From contig JAJCYT010000035.1 in NCBI GenBank assembly GCA_029262795.1, forward strand, positions 4,202-68,201: a stretch of 64,000 bases of DNA, given 5' to 3'. Of this stretch, positions 1-8,607 are shown one piece after another. Position 1 is the stretch's first letter. The number at the start of each line of letters is the position of its first letter. This DNA is from Candidatus Fraserbacteria bacterium. GTDB taxonomy: Bacteria; Bipolaricaulota; Bipolaricaulia; RBG-16-55-9; JAJCYT01. The notes under the pieces were generated by a model. That model was not told the origin of the DNA, did no database searches, and was given only the letters and a program-made list of their open reading frames with translations. Position numbers and translations under genes: made by a program.

Positions 1-829
1 AATCACAAACAGTTCGGCCATGTTGTCAGAGGGCATCCACTCTATCGTTGATACTGGCAATCAGGTGTTGCTGCTTTATGGACTAAAGCGGGCCAGCATG
101 CCGCCAGACTCTAAATTTCCCTTTGGTCATGGCAAAGAGGTTTATTTTTGGAGCTTTGTGGTTGCCATCCTTATCTTTGCTGTTGGGGCAGGGGTATCAC
201 TTTACGAAGGAATTCAACACATGTTGCACCCAGCCCATATAGTCGATCCCACGATCAACTACATTGTGTTAGGGTTGGCTATGGTTTTTGAAGGTGTTGC
301 TTGGCTCTTTGCTTTGAAAGAATTTAAGCACGCCAAAGGCAACCTTGATTATGTAACTGCTGTTAAACGAAGCAAAGATCCCACATTGTTCGTTGTTTTG
401 TTTGAGGATTCTGCCGCCATGCTTGGTTTGGTGGTGGCTTTTTTGGGCGTGTTCCTCACCCAGGTTACTCATATTGCTTTATTCGATGGGCTGGCTTCAG
501 TCATCATCGGCTTCATTCTGGCGGGGACAGCGATTTGGCTGGCGATTGAAACCAAAGGATTACTGATTGGTGAAGCTGCTGAACCCGAAGTGATTCAGGG
601 GATTCGCAATATGGCAAAAGCTTATCCCGATATTTTGCACGTTAACGAAGTGCTGACCATGCACATGGGGCCAGAATTTATTTTGGTCAACCTCAGTGTG
701 AATTTTTCTGACGCCAATGTTTCTGACGATATCGAAAACATCATTTCAAAATTAGATAAGCAAATTAAATCTGAATTTCCACAGGTTAAGCGGGTGTTCG
801 TCGAAGCTGAAAGGCGTAATATTAGCTGA
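1..829 (+). CDS. Cation diffusion facilitator (CDF) transporter, 5'-truncated by window edge
   Basis: Frame is open upstream (ITNSSAMLSEGIHS); motifs HSIVD, FPFGHGKEVYFW, EDSAA; TM helices plus cytoplasmic C-terminal domain. Confidence 0.9.
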   Translation, partial: ITNSSAMLSEGIHSIVDTGNQVLLLYGLKRASMPPDSKFPFGHGKEVYFWSFVVAILIFAVGAGVSLYEGIQHMLHPAHIVDPTINYIVLGLAMVFEGVAWLFALKEFKHAKGNLDYVTAVKRSKDPTLFVVLFEDSAAMLGLVVAFLGVFLTQVTHIALFDGLASVIIGFILAGTAIWLAIETKGLLIGEAAEPEVIQGIRNMAKAYPDILHVNEVLTMHMGPEFILVNLSVNFSDANVSDDIENIISKLDKQIKSEFPQVKRVFVEAERRNIS

Positions 830-835
830 TTAATG

Positions 836-880
836 AAGAACAACAGAGGGTTTTTACTTGAAGTCTCCTCTGTTGTTCTT
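836..880. terminator. Inverted repeat between convergent genes, probable bidirectional terminator
   Basis: aagaacaacagagg ... cctctgttgttctt, 14-bp stem. Confidence 0.7.
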
Positions 881-890
881 GTGAACTTGA

Positions 891-3059
891 TTATGGTTTT
901 ACAAATCCTTGAGTGAAATCGATCTTTTCAATCCATTCAGGAAAATCAATCAATGGATTGCGATTGCCCTGGACAGTAAATATTGTTGCATTGCGATGTT
1001 TTTCGTACTCATTTGGCGGAAAACTGTTGTGCCACTGAATCAATGTTTTAATACTTTCTGAGGAAAGCCGTACCCCATCGCCTCCAATTTCACCTCGATA
1101 TCGCAGGAGGAAGTACAGAGTGGCTCGTGCCACAGTGCCTTTGCCCGCATTGGGTTCAAAACGATTTTCACCATCCCGAAAACCACAGGCGTCGCGTTCA
1201 GCTTCATCCATGCTGACAGAAGAATCTTCGGGATCAAAGCCTTCAAAATCGAAATAAGCCAAATTGCTGCGAAATGAGTTGCACCCCGACTCGCAAGTGA
1301 ACAGATGATGTAAGTCGCACTTGGGCACTTTATGCTTGTTGAACCACGATTGCGGTACCACATGTTCACAGTTAAATGGCGTGCTGCTTTCCAACAGATC
1401 CAATTCAGATTGCAGATCTTCGCGCGACAATTCCATTTGCATCAGTTCTTTGGTACGAGCTTCTAACTCCATTTCCAGTTCAACTTCGTTCAAAATGGTT
1501 TCCAGGGGATCGAAAATTTGGTCATTTGGTTTGGCATAAATGCTGTGTAAATGGCCTGCCTCTTTGCGATCGACCAAGGGATACAAATGATCCCAGCGCG
1601 TTCGCTTGTAATTGGTCAATTGGGTTTGGTGGGTGTTAATCAACAAGTCTGAGAGCATATCAAACATTGCTTTTGATTTCTTCCTGGATGATCCCTCAAT
1701 GTTGTCCAGGCTTTCAGGATAATATGCTTTAATGGCTGCTTTGTCTGCTTCTGCATCATAGTAAGGGTTGTCTGGGCCAAATGGTTTGATACTTTCTTTA
1801 AATCGTTCTATATCTGCATTGCTGACACTGACAAGCCCACCAGTCGGACTAGCGGATGCAGGAGATTCCCCTCTTGTTGGATGAGATATGGCTGGCATTT
1901 GCCCCTGCCCAACCCCAACACTGATCTGCAATGGAATGGTCCAGTGTGCCACACCATCGTCCCCCATCACCATGCGAGGGGCTAAGACCTGTTCGGTGTC
2001 ATCCGCTGTCCAACTATTTGATTGCGCACTGATAAGGTCCAAAAACGATGGTGGCGGAAGCTGAGTTTGAGCAAATATATCTTTCTGTGATTGTGGTGCC
2101 GTACTCAATTGCGATTCGACGTGGCTGACGATTTGGCTGATGCGTATGCCTTCATTGGCGACCCAGTTGATGTTGGAGATGTCCTGAGTGCTGCGGTTCC
2201 AAATTGAGCCATCAGTCAGCAGGTAATTGCCATTGGCATCCATATCTGGAACGCCTGCATGGTGCAGGGCTGCCACTTGCCAATGGTCGTTGTAAACGGG
2301 AGAACCGGATGACCCTCTTTGCGTGTCTGTTTCATAATGCAGAAAACTTTCAGGCAGCCTCACCACTTTGTTTTGACGGATGGAAAGCTGGAGGGGTTCG
2401 CCGCTTGGATGTTGGATAATGTTCACACGATGCCCCACCAATGCCTTGCCTGAGGCGGGGTGGAGTTGATTCCATCCGCGCTCCTCCACGGCGTCTCCAT
2501 TGGCATTGACAGGTTGCACAGCGACCAAGGTAAAATCAAGGGCTTCATCTGTCATAAAAAAAGTGCCTGGTTCAAAGCGAAATTGAACCGGCGGTTGGGT
2601 GTTGCCTGGTGTGAGTTCGTAATAGCCAAATTGAATAAAGCTGTTGCTGGCTGTTTGGCGATTTTTCAATACATGATTGTTGGTCATGAGCAACCGAGGA
2701 GACACCATAAAGCCAGTGCCAAAACCATTGCCCTCAGCACTTTGAATCACCACTCGTCCCACGGAACGAGAAATGGCTGCACCCTTATAGAGAAAGGTGA
2801 TATCCATCAATTCATTGTTTGCGCCGATGATTCTTTCTAGCGCAAACGTTTTATTTGTGTAAACCTTATTGATTTCGGTTTCCCGAAACCCTCGAATTCG
2901 ACAGTTGCTGGCAATGCGATCTGGGGCATCAATTTTAAATGGATCACCATGGATGCCTTTATCCAGCTCTTTTTGGGTTTTCTCTCTATTGGTTGCATCC
3001 TGTGCATAGCGAATGCCCGCTTGTTGAATTTGTTTGATTTGACGGTCGAGCAAGGCCAT
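891..3059 (-). CDS. Trypsin-like serine protease fused to C-terminal endonuclease I (His-Me finger) domain
   Basis: Triad motifs TNNHV, LDFTLV, GSSGSPV; nuclease motifs NCEHVVPQSWF, DLHHLFTCESGCNSFRSN, KGTVARATLYF, QGNRNPLIDFPEW; SD aaggag; no signal peptide. Confidence 0.9.
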   Translation of the reverse strand: MALLDRQIKQIQQAGIRYAQDATNREKTQKELDKGIHGDPFKIDAPDRIASNCRIRGFRETEINKVYTNKTFALERIIGANNELMDITFLYKGAAISRSVGRVVIQSAEGNGFGTGFMVSPRLLMTNNHVLKNRQTASNSFIQFGYYELTPGNTQPPVQFRFEPGTFFMTDEALDFTLVAVQPVNANGDAVEERGWNQLHPASGKALVGHRVNIIQHPSGEPLQLSIRQNKVVRLPESFLHYETDTQRGSSGSPVYNDHWQVAALHHAGVPDMDANGNYLLTDGSIWNRSTQDISNINWVANEGIRISQIVSHVESQLSTAPQSQKDIFAQTQLPPPSFLDLISAQSNSWTADDTEQVLAPRMVMGDDGVAHWTIPLQISVGVGQGQMPAISHPTRGESPASASPTGGLVSVSNADIERFKESIKPFGPDNPYYDAEADKAAIKAYYPESLDNIEGSSRKKSKAMFDMLSDLLINTHQTQLTNYKRTRWDHLYPLVDRKEAGHLHSIYAKPNDQIFDPLETILNEVELEMELEARTKELMQMELSREDLQSELDLLESSTPFNCEHVVPQSWFNKHKVPKCDLHHLFTCESGCNSFRSNLAYFDFEGFDPEDSSVSMDEAERDACGFRDGENRFEPNAGKGTVARATLYFLLRYRGEIGGDGVRLSSESIKTLIQWHNSFPPNEYEKHRNATIFTVQGNRNPLIDFPEWIEKIDFTQGFVKP

Positions 3060-3190
3060 TCAAACTCCTTCTTGAATTTTTTGAAAACCTGATTCGCTTA
3101 CATTAGATCATACTGCCAAGAGATTAAATGGAGGTTAAATGAGAATTGAATTCAAAAAATTTTATAGAATGAGAACACTTCAAGAAAAAT

Positions 3191-4063
3191 TTACTGATCG
3201 CTAACGATACGAAAACCAATGTGATGGTCTTGATAAGTGGGAGGGTCTTCAAAGTGGCGATAGGCTGCTCGACCTGCAAAAGGGTGGGACCCCCACCAGC
3301 CACCTTTTTCGACCTTGATACGGCCTGTCTCCGGACCTTGGGGATTGATGAATGAAATGTCCTGCTTGTAATAGTTACGATCAAGCCAGTCGTTAACCCA
3401 CTCCATGACATTGCCGGACAGGTTATAGGCACCGACCCAACTGACACCTTCGGGGAAGTGGTCAATGGCAACCGTACTGTCGAAGTCAACAATGTTGGAA
3501 ATGCTTCGATCAAATTCATTGCCATACGGGAAGATGAGGGATTCGGGGCCACGGGCTGCAAACTCCCATTCGGCTTCGGTTGGAAGACGTCCGCCACGCC
3601 AGGTGGCATAAGCTTCGGCCTCAAACCAGGTGATGCAGGCGCGAGGAAAGTTTTCATCGGTTTCAGAACACTCAAGTGGTTTATTGTCGGGGCGATTTGA
3701 TGTCTTCCAAGTCCAGCCTGCTTCAGACCAAAATGATTGATTCTCATATCCGCCAGCATCTACAAATGCAGCAAATGCGCCGTTGCTGACTTCATATTTA
3801 TCAATCCAGTAACCGTTGGTTAAGGTGACTTGATGTTGGGGTTGCTCACTAAAAAGTTCGGTTCTTCCCCAGGGTGGCGGAATGATAGAAGCTTCATCGG
3901 TTCCCATCAGAAAAGTACCAGCAGGCACCCATACTTGCTCAATGCCATGTTCATCCGTGCGTTCTGTGCCTGGTTCTCGGTCAGCTTGTCCGGCCATTAA
4001 CAACGCTCCTCCAATGGCAAAAGCAAACAACAGCGTAACGGTCCAGGACCATAACTTCCTCAT
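3191..4063 (-). CDS. Secreted formylglycine-generating enzyme (FGE-sulfatase/SUMF1) domain protein
   Basis: FLMG, RLPTEAEWEFAARG, LSGNVMEWVND, IGFR motifs; likely start MRKLWSW at 4063 with signal peptide. Confidence 0.85.
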   Translation of the reverse strand: MRKLWSWTVTLLFAFAIGGALLMAGQADREPGTERTDEHGIEQVWVPAGTFLMGTDEASIIPPPWGRTELFSEQPQHQVTLTNGYWIDKYEVSNGAFAAFVDAGGYENQSFWSEAGWTWKTSNRPDNKPLECSETDENFPRACITWFEAEAYATWRGGRLPTEAEWEFAARGPESLIFPYGNEFDRSISNIVDFDSTVAIDHFPEGVSWVGAYNLSGNVMEWVNDWLDRNYYKQDISFINPQGPETGRIKVEKGGWWGSHPFAGRAAYRHFEDPPTYQDHHIGFRIVSDQ

Positions 4064-4176
4064 CCGATGAAACACCTTTCCATTTAGCTTTAAATAGTTT
4101 ACACGAGGCTTCTCGAAATTTTGACAGATGTCCATTACATTACACTGGGGAAATTCGACACTTTTCAGGAGGCATT

Positions 4177-6549
4177 TTGAACTGGCTTGGCTATGCGGTA
4201 ATTGGTTTTTTATTGGTTGTAACCGCGGGATGGGTGGGCATTGTAGAGTTACCAAAACCTCAAACGCATGGTTCGCTTCAATTACAGGGACTCGTTGATG
4301 AAGTTGATATCATCCGTGATCAATGGGGGATTCCACATATTTTTGCCAACAATGAATCTGATCTGTTTTTTGCCCAGGGATTTGTCACTGCACAAGATCG
4401 CTTGTGGCAACTGGAATTGAGTCGTCGGCTGGGGGCTGGCACGCTCTCAGAAGTGTTTGGCGAACTGGCATTGGATACAGACAAAGCCATCCGCACCCTG
4501 GGCTTAAATCGCGTTGCACAAGCGTCTGTTGCTGCGCTTTCGCAAAGCAACCAAACCCGATTGCAAGCCTATATCAATGGCATCAATGCGTGGATCGACA
4601 AGAAAAACTTCCCCCTTGAATTCATGATTTTGGGCTTCAAACCAGACCACTGGAAAGCGGAGGATGTGTTTCATGTCACAGGCGGCATGGCCATGACTTT
4701 GCAGGATGCCTACACCACCATCATCCAGCGCGCTCGTGCTCAGATCTCTTTGACACCAGACCAATTTTCGGAAATCAATACACACTATGACACCACAGGA
4801 TCATTTGGTGTGAATGCCTCGTGGGGTGGGATGGTGATTGCTAAATCACAAACTTCGAAGCAATTGGCGAGTGTCAATTTATCATCGACAACGCTGGAAA
4901 ATTTAAACCAGTTTTCTCAATCTTTAGATAGCCTGGCACATTTTCTGCCTTTGGGGGAGGGGATTGGTAGCAATGCTTGGGCGGTGCATGGGGCGCTGAC
5001 TGACACCGGCATGCCTTATTTGGCAAACGATCCGCACTTGCCCAATCGCCAGCCAGCCACATGGTACGAAGTTCATCTCAACGCACCAGGTTGGCATGTC
5101 ACCGGCGCTAGCTTGCCAGGGTTGCCTGGGGTGGTGATCGGCCACAATGATCATATTGCTTGGGGTGTGACCAATGGCTATTTGGCAATTCAGGATCTTT
5201 TTATTGAACAATTCGATCTGAGCGATGCCTACAGTTATAAATTTCAAAGTGAGTGGCTGTCGGCTGAAGTGGTCCAAGAAGAGATTGATATCAAAGGGCA
5301 GGATGAACCTGTAATTCACGAAGTGATCATCACCCATCACGGCCCCGTTATTACAGATTTACTCAAAAGTGAAGAAGTCATTTCTTTGGGGTGGACCTTT
5401 ATTGATCCTCAGGGCAGCGATCAATTGGCTGGGCTGTTGGGGATCAATCAGGCTACGGATTGGGAATCATTTCGAGCAGGGGTGGCCCAGGTGCCGTTTG
5501 ACCTTAATTTTGTCTATGCAGATGTGGCTGGTAACATTGGCTATCAACTGTCCGGTCGTTTGCCTCAACGAATATCCACATACACCGGGTTGCCGGTTCA
5601 GGGTTGGAGTGGCAAACATGAATGGACTGGTATTCATTCGATCAACGACCTGCCCCACACCTTTAATCCAGGTTCAGGGTTTGTGGCAACAGCCAATCAT
5701 CGGCCCTTCGGTCCAGATCTAGTCGATGACATACCTGGCGAATGGGCGGCACCCTTCCGTGCTGAACGGATCACTTCACTGTTGAAAGCCCAAGCTCAAT
5801 TCAACTTTGATGATATGATGATTTTCCAAGCCGATACCTACAATGCGCCTCTTTATTGGCTGGCAGAAAAAATGACGTCTATTGAATCCCAGGATAAAAT
5901 TCATGCCCGCGTGCTGGATCTGATCAAAAGCTGGAAGGGTGTTGTGCAGGAAGATGATCAAGCATCCGTTGTGCTTGATTCAATGGTTCGAAATTTAGTT
6001 GCAAAAATGTTTGGAAGTAGGTTGGGGCCGGACTCAAATTTCTTAGGTTTTCAGGGCAGTGTCTATTGGCTGATGGCACTGGCTGAGGCTGACCCAAATG
6101 CTGTTTGGTTTGATGACCCTTCTACGCAAGGCACAGAAAATTTTGGTGATTTGCTATTGACCGCCTTTCATCAAACGGTTGAAATGTTCAAGGAGACTGC
6201 GGGTCCTGTCGAGCAATGGACCTGGGGGCGTTTAAAAGCAGTTACATTTTCTCACCCTTTGGGAAGCGCACCCCTGATTGGAGATTTGTTTGATCGCACC
6301 ACACCCACAGCCGGTGGACGGTTTACAGTTAATCGGGACAACACATCCTACCGGATGGTGGTTGATTTGGCGGATATGGCAAATGCCGTTAGTGGATTAA
6401 CCACAGGACAGTCAGGGCATCCTTTTTCTGCACACTATTCAGATCAGCTTGAACACTGGCGTATGGTGAAATTTCATCCTATGTTGTGGCACGATGCTTC
6501 TATCGAGAAAAACCTGGAGGCAAGATTAACGCTTCGCCCCATGAACTAG
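4177..6549 (+). CDS. Penicillin acylase family Ntn-hydrolase (AHL-acylase-like)
   Basis: RDQWGIPHI, QDRLWQ, GSNAWAV (nucleophile Ser), ANDPHL, GQSGHPFSAHYSDQ; SD caggagg before TTG. Confidence 0.92.
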   Translation: MNWLGYAVIGFLLVVTAGWVGIVELPKPQTHGSLQLQGLVDEVDIIRDQWGIPHIFANNESDLFFAQGFVTAQDRLWQLELSRRLGAGTLSEVFGELALDTDKAIRTLGLNRVAQASVAALSQSNQTRLQAYINGINAWIDKKNFPLEFMILGFKPDHWKAEDVFHVTGGMAMTLQDAYTTIIQRARAQISLTPDQFSEINTHYDTTGSFGVNASWGGMVIAKSQTSKQLASVNLSSTTLENLNQFSQSLDSLAHFLPLGEGIGSNAWAVHGALTDTGMPYLANDPHLPNRQPATWYEVHLNAPGWHVTGASLPGLPGVVIGHNDHIAWGVTNGYLAIQDLFIEQFDLSDAYSYKFQSEWLSAEVVQEEIDIKGQDEPVIHEVIITHHGPVITDLLKSEEVISLGWTFIDPQGSDQLAGLLGINQATDWESFRAGVAQVPFDLNFVYADVAGNIGYQLSGRLPQRISTYTGLPVQGWSGKHEWTGIHSINDLPHTFNPGSGFVATANHRPFGPDLVDDIPGEWAAPFRAERITSLLKAQAQFNFDDMMIFQADTYNAPLYWLAEKMTSIESQDKIHARVLDLIKSWKGVVQEDDQASVVLDSMVRNLVAKMFGSRLGPDSNFLGFQGSVYWLMALAEADPNAVWFDDPSTQGTENFGDLLLTAFHQTVEMFKETAGPVEQWTWGRLKAVTFSHPLGSAPLIGDLFDRTTPTAGGRFTVNRDNTSYRMVVDLADMANAVSGLTTGQSGHPFSAHYSDQLEHWRMVKFHPMLWHDASIEKNLEARLTLRPMN

Positions 6550-7037
6550 CTGCGCATGTTGATAAACTGTAGAGGTACTTCCAAGTCTTGCTCTTTAAGA
6601 AAGGCAATAACCTCTTGAAGGTCGTCAATTTTCTTGGCGGTAACACGCAGTTCTTCACCTTGAATGGCTGTTTGAACTTTCATTTTGGTGTCTTTGACCA
6701 GCTTGACAATTTTTTGGGCGATCTCTTTTTCAATGCCTTCCTGAATATCTACTTCACGCTTAAGGGCACCGCCAGAGGTGGGTTCGGGGTCTTTGAATTT
6801 AAAGGTTTTGCCATTGATCTTCTGTCGCACGGCGTTGGCAATAAAAATTTCGCGCATGGCTTCAATTTTCAGTTTGTCAGCACCTAGAAAGCTAATCTTG
6901 TTTCCCTGGCGATCCAGTGTGATTTCATTGTGTGTGCCACGAAAATCATAGCGTTGAGAAATTTCACGCGCGGCATTGTTCACCGCATTGTCTACATCCT
7001 GCATGTCGATCCGGTTGACGATATCAAAAGAGGGCAT
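6546..7037 (-). CDS. yajQ: YajQ family nucleotide-binding protein
   Basis: MPSFDIV, QRYDFRG, IQGEELRVTAKKIDDLQEVI, PLQFINMR; 163 aa. Confidence 0.95.
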   Translation of the reverse strand: MPSFDIVNRIDMQDVDNAVNNAAREISQRYDFRGTHNEITLDRQGNKISFLGADKLKIEAMREIFIANAVRQKINGKTFKFKDPEPTSGGALKREVDIQEGIEKEIAQKIVKLVKDTKMKVQTAIQGEELRVTAKKIDDLQEVIAFLKEQDLEVPLQFINMRS

Positions 7038-7282
7038 AGTGTTTTCCTTCTATTAAAGTTTTCATTAGCTTAAACTCCAATATACCCAATTTCAAAAGAA
7101 TTATAAATGATCTTTTTGGAGATTTAGGCAAAAAACTTTGGAATGGTCTAAATTTCATTGGTTTTGGCCAAATGTAGCGAAGCCAAGATTCTTTGTGTGT
7201 TTGCGGTGATTTGGGTCACGTCCATTTAAATCCAATTATCTTATAAAAAGATTCAGATAACATGAAAAACATATTCACCCTA

Positions 7283-7311
7283 TTGCAAGCACTCAAAAAG
7301 TGTGTTAGGCT
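7283..7311 (+). promoter_or_regulatory. Sigma70-like promoter for the structured RNA
   Basis: TTGCAA-17 bp-TAGGCT with extended TG. Confidence 0.5.
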
Positions 7312-7327
7312 TTTAGGTGTAGAGGCG

Positions 7328-7392
7328 TTGAGCACCTTCAAGCTCAATACCGAAACGTGAGAAAAGCTTTGAACCTTCAAACAAAGTTTTTC
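7328..7392 (+). ncRNA. Twin hairpins with ACCUUCAA-containing loops, 5' of the c-di-GMP aptamer
   Basis: ttgagc-accttcaa-gctcaa (7328-7347) and gaaaagctttg-aaccttcaaa-caaagtttttc (7361-7392). Confidence 0.55.
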
Positions 7393-7406
7393 ATCGCTCC
7401 TAAAAG

Positions 7407-7520
7407 AACGGATGCACCTACAACGGCAAACCATGCGAAAGCATGGGACGCAAAATTAACGGCCTAACAGGTTGATCGCTCCTTCCTCATGGCGGCAGAA
7501 TCGCTAGGTGCAAGTTCGTT
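7407..7520 (+). ncRNA. Cyclic di-GMP-I (GEMM-I) riboswitch aptamer
   Basis: GGCAAACC-atgc-GAAA-gcat-GGGACGCAAA...GGCCTAA...ATGGCGGC consensus; closing helix tgcaccta (7413-7420)/taggtgca (7505-7512); G at the Vc2 G20-equivalent position. Confidence 0.85.
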
Positions 7521-7603
7521 TACTCAATTCTCAAAACCAAACCCCGACTTTGGTCCCTCCTCTTCAAAAGCTTCAATGATGATACAAAGGCAGATTTACA
7601 AAT

Positions 7604-7626
7604 ACTTAAAGGTCAAACCTTTAAGT
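7604..7626. terminator. Hairpin, possible 3' end of the RNA
   Basis: acttaaaggt-caa-acctttaagt; no strong U-tract. Confidence 0.4.
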
Positions 7627-7640
7627 CGCAAAAATTCAGT

Positions 7641-7668
7641 TTGACCTCATACAATCTGAGAGTAAAAT
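7641..7668 (+). promoter_or_regulatory. Promoter for a probably leaderless sulfotransferase mRNA
   Basis: TTGACC-16 bp-TAAAAT, ATG 6 nt after the -10 box, no SD. Confidence 0.55.
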
Positions 7669-7674
7669 TTCCAC

Positions 7675-8607
7675 ATGAACCCATCATTACCACAGGTGAC
7701 TCGTGTGTATCAGAATCACCATTTGGACAGCTTGCGTTGGAATGCCTTTACGCCGAGGGAAGATGACATCATTATTGCAACGTCTTATAAGTCAGGCACC
7801 ACCTGGATGCAGACAATTGTGTTGAACCTGATCTTTGCGGACAAAGCTGCGCCAAACATTCTGGGAACTTCGCGTTGGCTTGACAGTCGGGCCAACCCCA
7901 TTGCAGAAACCATAAAGCTTTTTGAAGCACAACAACATCGTCGAGCCATTAAAACGCATCTGCCATTAGACGGGTTACCCTTTTTTCCAGATCTTAAATA
8001 CATCGTGGTGGGGCGTGATGGGCGGGATGTGTTCATGTCGCTGTGGAATCATTACAAAAACTATACGCCCGAAGGCTATGCCAGATTCAATGATGCACCC
8101 AATCGAGTGGGGGGGCCGGTGCCGCAATGCCCTGATGACATCCGCATTTTTTATCACAATTGGATCGATCGAGGTTGGTTCGATTGGGACAGTGAAGGTT
8201 ATCCCTTTTGGTCCAACTTTCGCCATACACAAACATGGTGGAATTTTCGCCATTTGCCCAACATCCTGTTTGTTCATTTCAACGATTTGCTTAAAGATCT
8301 AAACAGTGAAGTCAAACGAATCGCAAACTTTTTAGAGATTTCAGTGACAGGCGCTCAGTTGGCCGATGTGGTTGAGGCTGCGACCTTCAAAACTATGAAG
8401 CGGAATGCCGACCAAATCTATCCGGATGCCGCCACAAGCCTTCAGGGTGGGGCGCAAACCTTCATCAACGAAGGCACAAACCGCCGATGGGAAAGTTTTT
8501 TGGGAGAAGAGGAAATACAATTGTACGAAGATGCAGTGGCTCGAGAACTGACGCTTGAATGTGCTTTATGGTTGGAATTTGGGCGTTGGCAGGATCAACG
8601 TGGCTAA
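7675..8607 (+). CDS. PAPS-dependent sulfotransferase (Sulfotransfer_1, SULT-like)
   Basis: 5'-PSB TSYKSGTTW, KTHLP, 3'-PB RDGRDVFMS. Confidence 0.92.
   Translation: MNPSLPQVTRVYQNHHLDSLRWNAFTPREDDIIIATSYKSGTTWMQTIVLNLIFADKAAPNILGTSRWLDSRANPIAETIKLFEAQQHRRAIKTHLPLDGLPFFPDLKYIVVGRDGRDVFMSLWNHYKNYTPEGYARFNDAPNRVGGPVPQCPDDIRIFYHNWIDRGWFDWDSEGYPFWSNFRHTQTWWNFRHLPNILFVHFNDLLKDLNSEVKRIANFLEISVTGAQLADVVEAATFKTMKRNADQIYPDAATSLQGGAQTFINEGTNRRWESFLGEEEIQLYEDAVARELTLECALWLEFGRWQDQRG

Noticed and set aside
7328-7392. Twin hairpins as guanidine-II riboswitch, CsrB-like RNA or mini-CRISPR
   Set aside because: Loops are not ACGR, the reverse-strand loops read GAAGGU rather than GGA, and the stems differ with no repeat-spacer pattern.
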